64,000 bases of DNA, taken from positions 1 through 64,000 of IMG/VR virus record IMGVR_UViG_3300045970_000027; one strand, written 5' to 3'. The position numbers and the translations under genes are program-made. This document shows, piece after piece, positions 18,576-28,599 of this stretch. The notes under the pieces were generated by a model. That model saw only the letters and a program-made list of their open reading frames with translations. It was not told where the DNA came from and ran no database searches. This stretch comes from a virus. Positions within the stretch are counted from its first letter, which is position 1. Each line of letters starts with the position of its first letter.

Positions 18576-18781
18576 GCGACCATCTGCCCGAGTGCAGTAG
18601 GCACGGGCTTGCCGAGGACTATCTGCGCGGAAACCAGTGCATCTGTGCCCGACTACGTTGGGCCGAACAACGCACGTTGAAGGCTGCTCGGGAAGCCGTC
18701 GCCGTCGCACTCGCATCTGGCTACCCCGACCCCGAGGCCATGCGCCAAGCCCTTGCCGCTATCGACGCGGTCGTCCCGTAG
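18572..18781 (+). CDS. HLPEC..CIC family small protein
   Basis: MSDHLPEC...CICARLR...ALAAIDA; GAGGGGA RBS. Confidence 0.7.
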   Translation: MSDHLPECSRHGLAEDYLRGNQCICARLRWAEQRTLKAAREAVAVALASGYPDPEAMRQALAAIDAVVP

Positions 18782-18923
18782 CCCCGGTGGCAGGTCGCGG
18801 CAATGGTCTGGTGGTTCGCCATCTGACTATTGCCGCCGACCTGTGGAGAACCTACCATCAGGGTGCCACCTTGGTGGTGAGGCGTTGGGCATGCGGAAGC
18901 GAGAGGTGGTGAGGGGATGAACC

Positions 18924-18983
<60 letters not shown>

Positions 18984-19100
18984 CAACCAACCCATACCCA
19001 ATGGCGTTCCACCCGGTCGGAGGCACCTTCCGGTGTCTACGGCTGGACAACGAGTCTCGCCACCATGGTGACGAACCCACGATAATAGGAGTGAAGTCAC

Positions 19101-20234
19101 ATGGTCTACACAGCAGCACGTAACGGTCGCTACACCGCGTACTACCTCGACGCCCTAGGTCGTCGTCGGTCTGCCGGTACGTTCGACACGGAGGGTGAGG
19201 CCCTCATCAGGGCAGCCGATGCCGAACGCAACCCCGGCACTCCTACCCACGGTGTGGCCAGCCAGAGGTACGCCGACTACATCGAGGCGTGGTTCCTGAC
19301 CGACTCCGTCCTCCCGGTCACGATGAACGGGTATGAGACCCACCTGAGGAAGCACGTCCTCCCCCTCATCGGGCACATGCCGGTCGGGGCGATCACCATT
19401 CACACTGTGAAAGGGGCTCTGGCTGACATCCGTAGTAAGGGGGCCAGTTCTCATACGGTGGCTCAATGCAAGGCGGCCATCGGCTCGTCATTCAAGCCTC
19501 TCGTCCCTACCGTCGTACTGGCCAACCCGACCCACGGCATCAAGATCCCGATCCCGCCGTCGAAGCCGTTCGACCTCGTTGACGAGGAGACGTTCGGTGC
19601 CATCCTCGCCAACCTCCCTACTCAGGGTTCCCGCCTCTTCGCCCTCTTCCTCGTCGCTACCGGCACACGGTTCGGGGAGGCGTCCGAGGTCCGCGTCCGC
19701 GACTTCAACTTCCGGACGAACGAGGTGGCCATCGTCCGTCGTGCGTCACAGGTCGGCTCTCGTCGGAACCGGGGCTCCCGCTACGCGGTGGTCGAGGGGA
19801 CGAAGGGTGGCATCTCCCGTGGCCGCTACCTCCCCGTCCCAGCCGAGGTCGCCACCATGATCGAGGACTGGGTCCGAGGTCTATCTGCCGACTCCCTCGT
19901 CTTCCCGAAGGACCGTGTCCTGTCGAACGCCCGTGCGAGGCGGTCTGCCACAAACGTGACCGGCCACCTCCCGAACGATAGGTGGAGGAAGGTCTGGAGG
20001 AAGGCCATCGAGGCTGCCGGTCTCGACTGGTACCCGAGGACGCACGACCTACGGCATGCCTACGCGACCAATCTGGTTGCGGAAGGTGTGAGCCTCCCCG
20101 AGACGAAGGACCTACTTGGCCACGCCAACATCATCACGACCATGAAGTACCAGCACGCAGTCGACCGCCAACGGAGCAAGGCCAGCAAGGCCGTCTCCGA
20201 CTTCATCCGAAAGGCAAACCATGGCACCCCGTAA
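19101..20234 (+). CDS. int: Tyrosine integrase
   Basis: TGTRFGE, TKGG, HDLRH, LGH..I.TT.KY catalytic set; next to attP. Confidence 0.93.
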   Translation: MVYTAARNGRYTAYYLDALGRRRSAGTFDTEGEALIRAADAERNPGTPTHGVASQRYADYIEAWFLTDSVLPVTMNGYETHLRKHVLPLIGHMPVGAITIHTVKGALADIRSKGASSHTVAQCKAAIGSSFKPLVPTVVLANPTHGIKIPIPPSKPFDLVDEETFGAILANLPTQGSRLFALFLVATGTRFGEASEVRVRDFNFRTNEVAIVRRASQVGSRRNRGSRYAVVEGTKGGISRGRYLPVPAEVATMIEDWVRGLSADSLVFPKDRVLSNARARRSATNVTGHLPNDRWRKVWRKAIEAAGLDWYPRTHDLRHAYATNLVAEGVSLPETKDLLGHANIITTMKYQHAVDRQRSKASKAVSDFIRKANHGTP

Positions 20235-20535
20235 GCAGAAGGTCGAGCACCGCTTCGTCATCATCAAGGAGAACCTGCCGGGGTCGGCATACCTCCTACT
20301 TCACAACCTCAGCGTCCCACTGGTGAGAGACGTCAGTGGGGTACTTCGGCTAGACCTAGACGAGTTGGACAAGTCGTTCCAGATGTCGGCGTGGACTAGT
20401 CTGGCTAACGCCAAGCGGTATGCGGCACAGCAGGTCAACCGGAAGTCCCTCCGCTGGGAGGAGACAGACGACGTCGTACACGCCCCAGACGCCGAGGTCT
20501 GGAAGGTCACGTTCATCGAGAAGGTGGAGTCATGA
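20221..20535 (+). CDS. Hypothetical protein
   Basis: ORF track; AAGG RBS. Confidence 0.7.
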   Translation: MAPRKQKVEHRFVIIKENLPGSAYLLLHNLSVPLVRDVSGVLRLDLDELDKSFQMSAWTSLANAKRYAAQQVNRKSLRWEETDDVVHAPDAEVWKVTFIEKVES

Positions 20536-20861
20536 CCTACACGGCTGATTCACCGCTCATCCCCGAGCATCTGCCCGACTGCCTGATGACGACACCGGGC
20601 GAGCATGGGGACTTCTACGCCGAGTGCATCTGCGACCGTCTGCGTGCAGCCGAGCAACAGGCAACTGCGAAGGCGCATGAGTTCTGCTTCCAGAAGGACA
20701 ACCATGAAGCCTTTGACGCTGGCGTGAAGGCGGAACGGGACCGCATCCGTAAGGGCGTGGACGAGTTGCAAACACCGTTGTGGTTTGAGTCGGTTATGGC
20801 CGTGATCGACGGTCCACATTGGGCGCCAACACCGAAAGTGAGAGGGAGCAGGGATGACTGA
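20532..20861 (+). CDS. HLPDC..CICDRLR family protein
   Basis: Paralogous motifs; GGAG RBS. Confidence 0.7.
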   Translation: MTYTADSPLIPEHLPDCLMTTPGEHGDFYAECICDRLRAAEQQATAKAHEFCFQKDNHEAFDAGVKAERDRIRKGVDELQTPLWFESVMAVIDGPHWAPTPKVRGSRDD

Positions 20862-21102
20862 GCACGGAGCAGAAGAGGACATCACCGTTGAGGAACTGGT
20901 CGCTGGGGTGATCGGTGAGACAGCCGGATATGTGTCGCTGTGCTGGGACCCGAAGCCGACTGGCGTGTTCGACAGCACCTTGGCGAGTGCCGCCGTGGAC
21001 AAGGCCGTTCAGCGCATCCTGTCGCTGCTGGCAGAGGCCGAAGCACGGCCTTCCGTTTGGGCGCCAACACCGAAAGTGAGAGGGAGCAGGGATGACTGAG
21101 CA
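20819..21102 (+). repeat. 46-bp perfect direct repeat (20819-20864, 21057-21102)
   Basis: TTGGGCGCCAACACCGAAAGTGAGAGGGAGCAGGGATGACTGAGCA x2. Confidence 0.95.
20854..21099 (+). CDS. Hypothetical protein bracketed by the 46-bp repeats
   Basis: IGE..G.VSLCW.PKPTGVFDS..A motif. Confidence 0.7.
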   Translation: MTEHGAEEDITVEELVAGVIGETAGYVSLCWDPKPTGVFDSTLASAAVDKAVQRILSLLAEAEARPSVWAPTPKVRGSRDD

Positions 21103-21376
21103 TCTGCCAGAGTGCCCATACTCTGCGCCTTGCCCCGCTGAGTGGCGCAACGCTCAGACGATCAAGGCCGAAGGGTTGCCCGTCCCGCATCGGATCGTTT
21201 CGGGATCGTCCGGTCGGTGCGTGGAGTGTGACGCGGGCGACTGCATCTGCTACGAGACTCGTCAGGCGTTCGCTGCTGGCGTGCAGGCTGCCCATGACGC
21301 GGTGGACAACGCACTCCGACCGGGGGCAGTAGGACGACTGACAGCCCTTGCCGCTATCGACGCACTCAAGCAGTGA
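21092..21376 (+). CDS. HLPEC..CIC family protein
   Basis: MTEHLPEC...CIC...AGVQAAHDAV...ALAAIDAL. Confidence 0.7.
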   Translation: MTEHLPECPYSAPCPAEWRNAQTIKAEGLPVPHRIVSGSSGRCVECDAGDCICYETRQAFAAGVQAAHDAVDNALRPGAVGRLTALAAIDALKQ

Positions 21377-21382
21377 GACAGC

Positions 21383-21422
21383 AAAGCCCCCCAGCCCTGA
21401 GCAATCGGGACTGGGGGGCTTT
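21383..21422. terminator. Bidirectional intrinsic terminator between the convergent arms
   Basis: AAAGCCCCCCAG...CTGGGGGGCTTT. Confidence 0.8.
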
Positions 21423-21429
21423 CCTGTTT

Positions 21430-23367
21430 CTACTCCTTGATCAGGTCTACGACCTCACACCCATCAGCGCTGCAGGCCAGCGTCTGGTTCCCGACCGTCC
21501 CGTCCACCGTCTCGTAGAACCCGAGGTCTGCCCAACGGATCTCCTTCGGGAAGGCGGTCTTCGCCTTCGCGTACTGCTCGATGTCGATGGGCTGGTATGG
21601 AGCCTGAGCGTACGTATGGTCGCTGAACGGGAGGAACGAGATGCCGGTCACCTTGTCGAAGTTGCGGTAGACCCACGATGCAACGTCCAGCCACTCGTCA
21701 TCCCTGACGTTGACCGTCACGCTGACCGAGTGGTCGGCCCAGAACTCACGGTAGACCAGCCAGAGTGCCAGATGGTCGAGCGCGGAGACCTCGTCTCTCG
21801 TCACTGCTCCCTTCGGTGCTGCAACTGGGAATGAGAAGACCATCGTGTCGTCAGGCTTCATGACGTCAGGCTCGCAGGGGACTCCCGACTCCTTCATCAA
21901 CTGGGTGATCGGGTCGGTAGTCGATCCGCGAACCGTGCGGGTGTAGTACTCGCTATGCCACGGGTGGATACCCGAGGATACCCCCGTCAACTGGCTGACC
22001 GTCCCGCTCGGCTTGACCGTCGTCACTGCGACTGACGGGTTGATGCCGACCTTGACCGACTCCTTCTGGTTCACCTTCTGGGCCAACTTGCGGAGTTCGG
22101 TCAGGCGATGTGGTAGCCGGACGTCGTTCGGGTTGTTCATCATCTTGTTCCCGTAGATCCCGGTCAGGCTCACACCGAGGAGACGCTCCTCCTCCGCATT
22201 CTCCTTCCAGTCGTCACGGATGCCGTGGAAGTCAGTCAGAGTAGACTGCCACGTTCCCAGAATGGCGGCGATCCTCACCTTCCGTCTCAGGTCGGAGAGA
22301 CTGTCCTCACCCCGTATAACGACTTCCGTTAGATTGCAGACCCCCATATCGCGGAGGGTGATCTCAGCGCACGGGTTCGTACCCTCGATCTTGGATCCGT
22401 CGCGTCCGATCTTGTCTGCTGCCGCCCGCGCGCCAGCCAGATTGAAGATGCCGCGCTCCCCCGACTGCGACTCGATGAGGTTGCGCCACTCGCGCAGGAA
22501 CTGCGGCATGCTCGGCCGCTCGACGTACGTAGCCGAGTTGTTAGCCAGAGCGCGCTCGCCGTGGTTCTCCCACCAGTTTCCTGACTTAGCCTTCGCCATC
22601 TCAAAGTCGTTGAGGTCGGAGAGGCTGATCAAGGCAGACCGACGCACGCCACCCGAGACGACGATGTCGCCGACCTTGCACATCAGGTCGTGGCACTCGA
22701 TGGGAGAGAGTCGGCGACCCTTCGCCTTCTTGAACGTATCCACCGTGAACCGGAACAGTTGGTCGAGAGGACCGGGGCCAGAGGCTCGGCCTCCGAACGT
22801 CTTGAGGCGTGCCCCCTTCGGACGGATGAGGCCGAGATCCCATGTCATCTCATTGCCTTGGTATAGGTTCGCCAGCAAGGCAGCGTAAGCGGACGCCCAT
22901 CCCTCCTTGCTGTCATCCACGATGATGCAGCCACCGGGTGCCCAGTTCTCAGGGATGATCGGCAACTGCTCGGTGTGACGGCGAGCGACGGAGAAGCCGA
23001 CTCCGGTCCCGTGGGTCAGGATGAGGAGGGCCTCGCTGAACGCGTGCAGGTCGTTGACGGCGATGAAGGAGCAGTTGTACGCCGCGATGTGGTTGCGGGT
23101 GAGCGCGGGACCGGCCGTCATCAGGGCGCGCATGCTGGGCATGACTTCCAGATTCAGGATCGCGTCCTCGACCTCACAGAAGACCGAGTCGTTCGCGTCG
23201 TACCCGTAGTTCTCGACCAGATGCCACCGCATGAAGTCGATGTAGCGGGCGACCGTCTCCGACCACGTCTCGCGGCGGTTGAGGTCTTCACGCCAGCGGG
23301 CGTAGCGACTGAGCGCAATGAAGTTGGAGTACGGGTTGGACAGGGAGCCAGAAGGGTCAAGTGTCAT
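21430..23367 (-). CDS. nrdJ: Class II (adenosylcobalamin-dependent) ribonucleotide reductase
   Basis: PSMR, YNC, GTGVGFS, GG.ASGP, GGVRRSA, TNPCAEI, CNL, KPSGT, C-terminal Cys pair; no nrdB partner in window. Confidence 0.92.
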   Translation of the reverse strand: MTLDPSGSLSNPYSNFIALSRYARWREDLNRRETWSETVARYIDFMRWHLVENYGYDANDSVFCEVEDAILNLEVMPSMRALMTAGPALTRNHIAAYNCSFIAVNDLHAFSEALLILTHGTGVGFSVARRHTEQLPIIPENWAPGGCIIVDDSKEGWASAYAALLANLYQGNEMTWDLGLIRPKGARLKTFGGRASGPGPLDQLFRFTVDTFKKAKGRRLSPIECHDLMCKVGDIVVSGGVRRSALISLSDLNDFEMAKAKSGNWWENHGERALANNSATYVERPSMPQFLREWRNLIESQSGERGIFNLAGARAAADKIGRDGSKIEGTNPCAEITLRDMGVCNLTEVVIRGEDSLSDLRRKVRIAAILGTWQSTLTDFHGIRDDWKENAEEERLLGVSLTGIYGNKMMNNPNDVRLPHRLTELRKLAQKVNQKESVKVGINPSVAVTTVKPSGTVSQLTGVSSGIHPWHSEYYTRTVRGSTTDPITQLMKESGVPCEPDVMKPDDTMVFSFPVAAPKGAVTRDEVSALDHLALWLVYREFWADHSVSVTVNVRDDEWLDVASWVYRNFDKVTGISFLPFSDHTYAQAPYQPIDIEQYAKAKTAFPKEIRWADLGFYETVDGTVGNQTLACSADGCEVVDLIKE

Positions 23368-23398
23368 AGGAGCCTTACCTCGGAGTTACGGAAGGGGA

Positions 23399-23590
23399 TC
23401 AGGCAGAGCGGAGAGAGTCCGCAAACTGCTGCAGTGCGGCGGCGCTATACGTATCGCCTACGGTGGTCAGGATCGCTGCGTCACCCTCAAGCCTCTTGAT
23501 GATCCGGTCGCGCTCGGAACGTCGTACTGACGACTCATCGGTCTCAATATCGTTACCGCAGTTCCAGCACCGGATCACAGTAAGGCCCAA
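23399..23590 (-). CDS. Small CxxC protein
   Basis: ORF track. Confidence 0.5.
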   Translation of the reverse strand: MGLTVIRCWNCGNDIETDESSVRRSERDRIIKRLEGDAAILTTVGDTYSAAALQQFADSLRSA

Positions 23591-23687
23591 TCGTCGCAGG
23601 TATCACACCACCACTCGCCGGTCTCGGCATCGAAGTCCCACGTCCGCTCCCCGCAGAGTCTGCAGGTCTTGAACGATCCGTAGTTCT

Positions 23688-24293
23688 TCATGATGTCTCT
23701 TCCGGAGCCCTTACAGTAGACGGATTGGGGCGTGGAGTAAAGCCGGACAGGGAAGAAGTCTTCTCCAAGTAGTTGGCAAGTGCTCGGAGAGTGGCTGGAT
23801 CGTCCTTGGCACACCCGAGTGCTACGTTGCAGGACCGGCACAACAGCCCCCGTACGCACTTGCCGCACGACTTCTGGCCGGGGCAGCAGGCGTGGTCGTG
23901 GTCGATGTGGCACGAATCGTTGATCGGTGTGTGACAGGTGGCGCACTGGTGGTTCTGGTCAGCCAGCATCTGGTCGAAGTCCTCTCTCGACAGGTGGTAC
24001 TTGCTGAATCGGAGGGCCTCCCCGTACGACCGGTACTTGGCCTTGGAGTACTTCCGTGTCGATGTGAAGTGGGTGCCCCCGCTGTTGAGTGCCTTGCGGC
24101 TGTCTGGGTGGAAGCCTCGACCGTACTTGGCGACGTGCTCTCTGACAGCATCGTTGCGTTCACGGTGTGAACACTTCTTGCAGACTTCCTTCGACCAGAG
24201 GTCGTCAAACTTGGACTCCAACAGGGCCAGTCCGCAGGACTGACACGTTCGACGCGCCAGAGTCACTATGAACAACTCCACACCGTCGCTCAC
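23688..24293 (-). CDS. Endonuclease VII-family (His-Me finger) nuclease
   Basis: Q...CATC...HIDHDH.CC...CG.CVRGLLC..CN..LG...DD. Confidence 0.88.
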   Translation of the reverse strand: MSDGVELFIVTLARRTCQSCGLALLESKFDDLWSKEVCKKCSHRERNDAVREHVAKYGRGFHPDSRKALNSGGTHFTSTRKYSKAKYRSYGEALRFSKYHLSREDFDQMLADQNHQCATCHTPINDSCHIDHDHACCPGQKSCGKCVRGLLCRSCNVALGCAKDDPATLRALANYLEKTSSLSGFTPRPNPSTVRAPEETS

Positions 24294-25816
24294 TTGTCGT
24301 CTCCTAGGAACTGCTGGATGACCGTCGTGGACTCAATCTGCGGAATCTGAGCCTCCTGCTCCTTGAGGTTGGCGACCCGATCACCGAAGATCGCGCTCAG
24401 TACGCCAGCACTCCCCGACCTCTCCATCGTGATCTTCATGATGTCCTTGTTCTCTTCCAACTTCTTGAGTGATTCGACCATCTTGAAGAGCCGATCCATC
24501 TCTTGACCGACGTTCGGGTCTGGGTATCCACCATTCAGTTCTTCACCAAAACGAGCGAAAGCGACCCTAGAACCCTGCATTTCGATAAGTGCTTGGAGGA
24601 GAGAGGCCAACTGCTCCCTAGTCTGGATGGAGACAGGTAACTTGAACGCGCAGGCCGAGTTGGCCTTGAAGGCAGGACAGTTGGCGGCTACGAAGCATGT
24701 ATTGCACTGCCGGAACGACGCCTCTGAGGATGTGATAAAGGGTGCGTAGCCAACGACATCTCGGCCATCCTCGTCCTTTACAACTACCTCCCTAGCCTCG
24801 ACCCCAAGGACCGGAAGATAGGCCGTCTCCGAGGCTGTGCGAGGCTCGGGGACCCTGCTGACGTTCCTACTGTCGGGGTCCCTATGACCAACACCCGCGA
24901 CCTCGGATCCGCTTTGGCCGCTCATACCCCCCATCCCTGTGAACAACATCTCCGACAGGTCTGAGTTGTCATCCGGCTGGCCACCACCCTCGATCACGCG
25001 GAACGGGCGGGTGGTCGGCTTCTTCTTGTCCATGTCGATCTCCAGTTGCTGGTACGACCAAATGGCGAGGCGGGTGACCTCCTTGTTGTCGTCGGCCATG
25101 ATCGCCTCGTAGTCGAGACCGGCCTGCTCGATGACCGCCTTGTAGCGGGGGCGAGCCTGTTCCTTCATCTTCGCCGGGTAGCGAACGAGACGCGTTCCGT
25201 CCCAGACGATGGTCTCCCCACGCCGCATGCCGCTCTGCCAAGAACCGGTAGCAGCCGTCGTCAGCGGGCTCTGGCTGAGTGACTCTGGTGACGCGATGCC
25301 GATCCCATGCCACGACGTCCCCAGCCTCGCTGTCGCACTCCGCATGTGGCCGCTGATCTGGTGGCTCGGGGTGAGGAGGGCATCGAAGTTCGGGACGGCG
25401 ATCTCGGCGTACTCCTCGGTCAGTTCGACCAGATCGCGGAAGCCTAGGTCGGGACGCCAGATAGGCCAGAACCTCTCCTCCAACTCCAACCAGAACGGGC
25501 GCTGCTGGCGAACGAAGTCGGGGTCGATGTCAGGGCCGTTGAACTCGACCGCAGCAGCAATGTCATCCATGTTGCTGATGACGAAGTCTTGGTAGTCGGC
25601 TGCGAAGGTCTCATGGTCGTCCTTCACCTCCGTGATGCCGGGGTGGACGACAATCAGACTGTTCTCTGGGAAGTAGTCTGAGAAGGAGAACTTCTTGGTC
25701 TTCGGGAAGCCGCGTGCTACGGCTCGCGAGTACGAGAAGCCGAACGTGGTCACGCCCATATCGACCAGCAACTTCTTGTTAGACCCGACCTCCGCGCCGA
25801 GCCAGACTAGTTTCAT
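24290..25816 (-). CDS. 508-aa protein, possible degenerate tRNA-guanine-transglycosylase-like barrel + Cys cluster
   Basis: FSY, PIW, WHGIG, PL.TA.TGSW pattern; CNTC..ANCP....SAC. Confidence 0.5.
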   Translation of the reverse strand: MKLVWLGAEVGSNKKLLVDMGVTTFGFSYSRAVARGFPKTKKFSFSDYFPENSLIVVHPGITEVKDDHETFAADYQDFVISNMDDIAAAVEFNGPDIDPDFVRQQRPFWLELEERFWPIWRPDLGFRDLVELTEEYAEIAVPNFDALLTPSHQISGHMRSATARLGTSWHGIGIASPESLSQSPLTTAATGSWQSGMRRGETIVWDGTRLVRYPAKMKEQARPRYKAVIEQAGLDYEAIMADDNKEVTRLAIWSYQQLEIDMDKKKPTTRPFRVIEGGGQPDDNSDLSEMLFTGMGGMSGQSGSEVAGVGHRDPDSRNVSRVPEPRTASETAYLPVLGVEAREVVVKDEDGRDVVGYAPFITSSEASFRQCNTCFVAANCPAFKANSACAFKLPVSIQTREQLASLLQALIEMQGSRVAFARFGEELNGGYPDPNVGQEMDRLFKMVESLKKLEENKDIMKITMERSGSAGVLSAIFGDRVANLKEQEAQIPQIESTTVIQQFLGDDK

Positions 25817-26301
25817 TCGAAGTTCGCCAAGTCTGGGTCCTTGATCCGGTAGTCGACCGCCTTCATGGCCTGCTGGCGGTTGGTCTCAGCCACGATCTCT
25901 CCCCAAGGCCGGACACCCTTCGGTGCGTCTGGCCGGAACTCTGGCCGGATGTATGCCGGGGTCGTGACGAGGATGGCCGGGATCCCGAGACGCATGGCCT
26001 CGGCCACCATCATCGGGTCGGCATCGACGTAGAACTCGATGCTCCCCCTAGTTCTGGCTACCTTGATCTGGCGCGACCTGAGTTGCTCATCGGGGTCGAG
26101 ATTGACGTTGCTGTCGATGAGGTCGTCAAAGTCGGGCATCTTGTTCATGGCCATCCACGTCTCGGCGTTCTTCCGCTCCATGTCGGAAATGATGACGACT
26201 CTGGCTATCGACTTGAATGCCCTGTAGACGATCAGTCCATCAGGAAGGAACTCTCCGGTGTCGCTGCGGAGCACACCAGTCATGTTCATGACGATGTTCA
26301 T
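25813..26301 (-). CDS. Degenerate HAD-fold protein
   Basis: IVMNMTGVLR in place of DxDG motif I; FYVDADP motif IV-like. Confidence 0.55.
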   Translation of the reverse strand: MNIVMNMTGVLRSDTGEFLPDGLIVYRAFKSIARVVIISDMERKNAETWMAMNKMPDFDDLIDSNVNLDPDEQLRSRQIKVARTRGSIEFYVDADPMMVAEAMRLGIPAILVTTPAYIRPEFRPDAPKGVRPWGEIVAETNRQQAMKAVDYRIKDPDLANFE

Positions 26302-26304
26302 GGC

Positions 26305-27264
26305 TCAGTAGGCCGACCTAGGATTGCTGGCTCGGCGAATGAGTGTCTCGGTGTCGGGAAGTTCCATCCCGTACGTCTCAAAGTCCTCGCGGTCTTTGGC
26401 CGAGTCGGCGTACTGCTTGAGCCGCCGCATCGAGTGGACGACACCGTTCGCCTTGCCAGACTGCCAGCGGTAGTTGGCAAAGTCAGAGTAGCCGTGGCCA
26501 GCCGGACTGAAGGCCGCCTTACGACCTGCGTGGATCTCTTCGAAGAGACCGGACGCAGCACCGAGTACGACGTTCAGGTTGTTCTCCGCATTGGTGCGAT
26601 GAGCCGGGTTCTGCGCGCCACGGATCTGGCGAAGGATGTCGCCGTACGTACGGACGATCTTCTCCCCGCGTGCGCGGTCGGCCTCGATGGACATCTCCCA
26701 CGACGGGTGGACGTAGTGGTGGGGGTTCCTCTGGGGGACCTTGGCCCACTCGTCCTCGGTGCAGTCGTACGCCGCGTACGGGTTGATGAAGTTGATCCCG
26801 TTGGTGGATGCGGTCACGCCTGCGTTGACGTAGATGGTGACCTCGTACGTTCCGACGCCTAGTGCAACGGCAGCGACCTCGGGGTACAACTCATGGACGA
26901 AGTCCTCGTTGAGCGTTCTGGCAATCTCAGAGTCGCTGTGCCCGGTGTATGACGGATTAGCGTGCCTAAACTCAATGTAGTTGAGGCCAAGCAGGACGTC
27001 GAGGTCACCCGGCTCGCGGGCGGCCGACCACTGGTAGGAGACACCTGAGCCAGCGATCCAGACGCGGCACCACGTCTCGGACGAGTTGAAACGCTCCCGC
27101 AGGAAGTCGTGGACGGTCTGCAGGATGAACATGCGGATCTGGGGCTTGAGGTGGCTGCCTTCGAAGAGGCTGGGGTCGAGACCGTCATCTGGGTCTGCGA
27201 AGTACGACGTCGAGCCAGCGGTCATCTCCTCTGGTGCGAGATCGTCGTAGTCGTAGGAAGCCAT
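26305..27264 (-). CDS. Pol-beta-superfamily nucleotidyltransferase
   Basis: IAGS..SYQW....GDLDV signature. Confidence 0.75.
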   Translation of the reverse strand: MASYDYDDLAPEEMTAGSTSYFADPDDGLDPSLFEGSHLKPQIRMFILQTVHDFLRERFNSSETWCRVWIAGSGVSYQWSAAREPGDLDVLLGLNYIEFRHANPSYTGHSDSEIARTLNEDFVHELYPEVAAVALGVGTYEVTIYVNAGVTASTNGINFINPYAAYDCTEDEWAKVPQRNPHHYVHPSWEMSIEADRARGEKIVRTYGDILRQIRGAQNPAHRTNAENNLNVVLGAASGLFEEIHAGRKAAFSPAGHGYSDFANYRWQSGKANGVVHSMRRLKQYADSAKDREDFETYGMELPDTETLIRRASNPRSAY

Positions 27265-27268
27265 GTCC

Positions 27269-27478
27269 CTAGGATTCCTCAGTTTCACCCGTCAGTCTGG
27301 GCCTAATGATCTTCTTGGTGGTCGAATCCCCACCATCACCGGGTGCCAGTGGTGTCATATACCCGCAGTCGGCGTGTGCTGCTGCGAAGCGCGTGGTGAG
27401 CATCCAGACCGCGTTGTCGTCCTCGCTGTCGATGGAGAGGATGGACTCGCAGAAGCCGCAGTTCATCTCGGCGTACAT
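27269..27478 (-). CDS. Small Cys/His protein
   Basis: ORF track, coupled. Confidence 0.6.
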   Translation of the reverse strand: MYAEMNCGFCESILSIDSEDDNAVWMLTTRFAAAHADCGYMTPLAPGDGGDSTTKKIIRPRLTGETEES

Positions 27479-27738
27479 CAGTCGGCTCTCTTAGCCAGAG
27501 CGTCGGCAACCCGCTCGGAGACGGTCGGTGGGATGGGCTGCGCGAGGGCTGACTCAATCAACATTCGGCTTGCTAGGCGTGAGACAGCCGCTCCGTAGAT
27601 CTCGACGTCAGTCAGAGTAGCCTTATGCTTCACGACAACCGACGGGATGCTGTCTCCATGGACGCTGATGTTGCCGGTCTCGTCTACTACGACGTAGAAG
27701 GCGGTGATGACGGAAGTCGGGACGGGCTGCTCAGTCAT
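27478..27738 (-). CDS. Hypothetical protein
   Basis: GGAG RBS + ATG 27738. Confidence 0.65.
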   Translation of the reverse strand: MTEQPVPTSVITAFYVVVDETGNISVHGDSIPSVVVKHKATLTDVEIYGAAVSRLASRMLIESALAQPIPPTVSERVADALAKRAD

Positions 27739-28276
27739 TGTAATCTCCACGCTTGGCACGGGCCTTCTGCATGACGGTCGACTGGACCGGGCAGAACTGG
27801 CAGAGGTAGTTCTTCGGACCGGGGGCGCTCTTCGGATCAGGCAGGCCTGCATCCTTGCGCTCGGCTTTCGTGTTCGGGAGGAGGATCTTCTTGTCAGACA
27901 TCCAGTCAGGACATCCGTTGTCTGGCCGAAGGTGCTTCTGGTAGCAGACCATGGCGTCTTCTTTGAAGGTGTCCTTGGTCGCGTAGAACTCCTTGTCGAA
28001 CTCATCGAGTCCCTTAGAGCCGCCGCCGAGGATCTGGTTGACGATCTGCTTACGGGTGCTCTCGTTCTCCCACGCCATCTTGGGGACACGGAAGAGGTGG
28101 CCCTTATGGGGCTCACCGGACGGGAAGATGTGGCGCTCTACGAGGATGTCCAGCAGGACGTCCTTCTCGACAGGGCCGTTGTAGAGGGGTAGTTCCTGAA
28201 ACGTCTTGCAGACGAGACAGAAGAGGACCCTGATCTCTGGGCTGTTCTTTACACCGGGTGGAGTGATCAGCGACAT
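27731..28276 (-). CDS. Cys-containing hypothetical protein
   Basis: 181 aa; AGGAG RBS; phage-type promoter upstream. Confidence 0.8.
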   Translation of the reverse strand: MSLITPPGVKNSPEIRVLFCLVCKTFQELPLYNGPVEKDVLLDILVERHIFPSGEPHKGHLFRVPKMAWENESTRKQIVNQILGGGSKGLDEFDKEFYATKDTFKEDAMVCYQKHLRPDNGCPDWMSDKKILLPNTKAERKDAGLPDPKSAPGPKNYLCQFCPVQSTVMQKARAKRGDYND

Positions 28277-28374
28277 GTAGTTGCTCCTGCTAGTAGCGGT
28301 TACACCTGACCCTATGACGCCAAGAACGGCCCGTCTCGGTAAAGACGGGCCGCGCTTGTCCTAAGGCAGGAAGA

Positions 28375-28599
28375 TCAGAACAGGGTGTTAGTCACCTTGT
28401 CGGGGGCCTCCGAGTTCGGGAAGCCGTAGCCCCAGAACGGGTGGAGAGTGGCGCGCTCACGCTGGGTAAGGGCGGTACCCTCAGCGTTACGCTCTTCGGC
28501 CAGAGCCGTGTTCGGACGGACCTTACGGTAGCGGCCGTCGGTCGTACCCTCGCGGAGGTTTGCGTTCATGGAACGCGAAGAGTTGACAGCCATGGTCAC
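28375..28599 (-). CDS. Hypothetical protein
   Basis: ORF track. Confidence 0.65.
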   Translation of the reverse strand: MTMAVNSSRSMNANLREGTTDGRYRKVRPNTALAEERNAEGTALTQRERATLHPFWGYGFPNSEAPDKVTNTLF

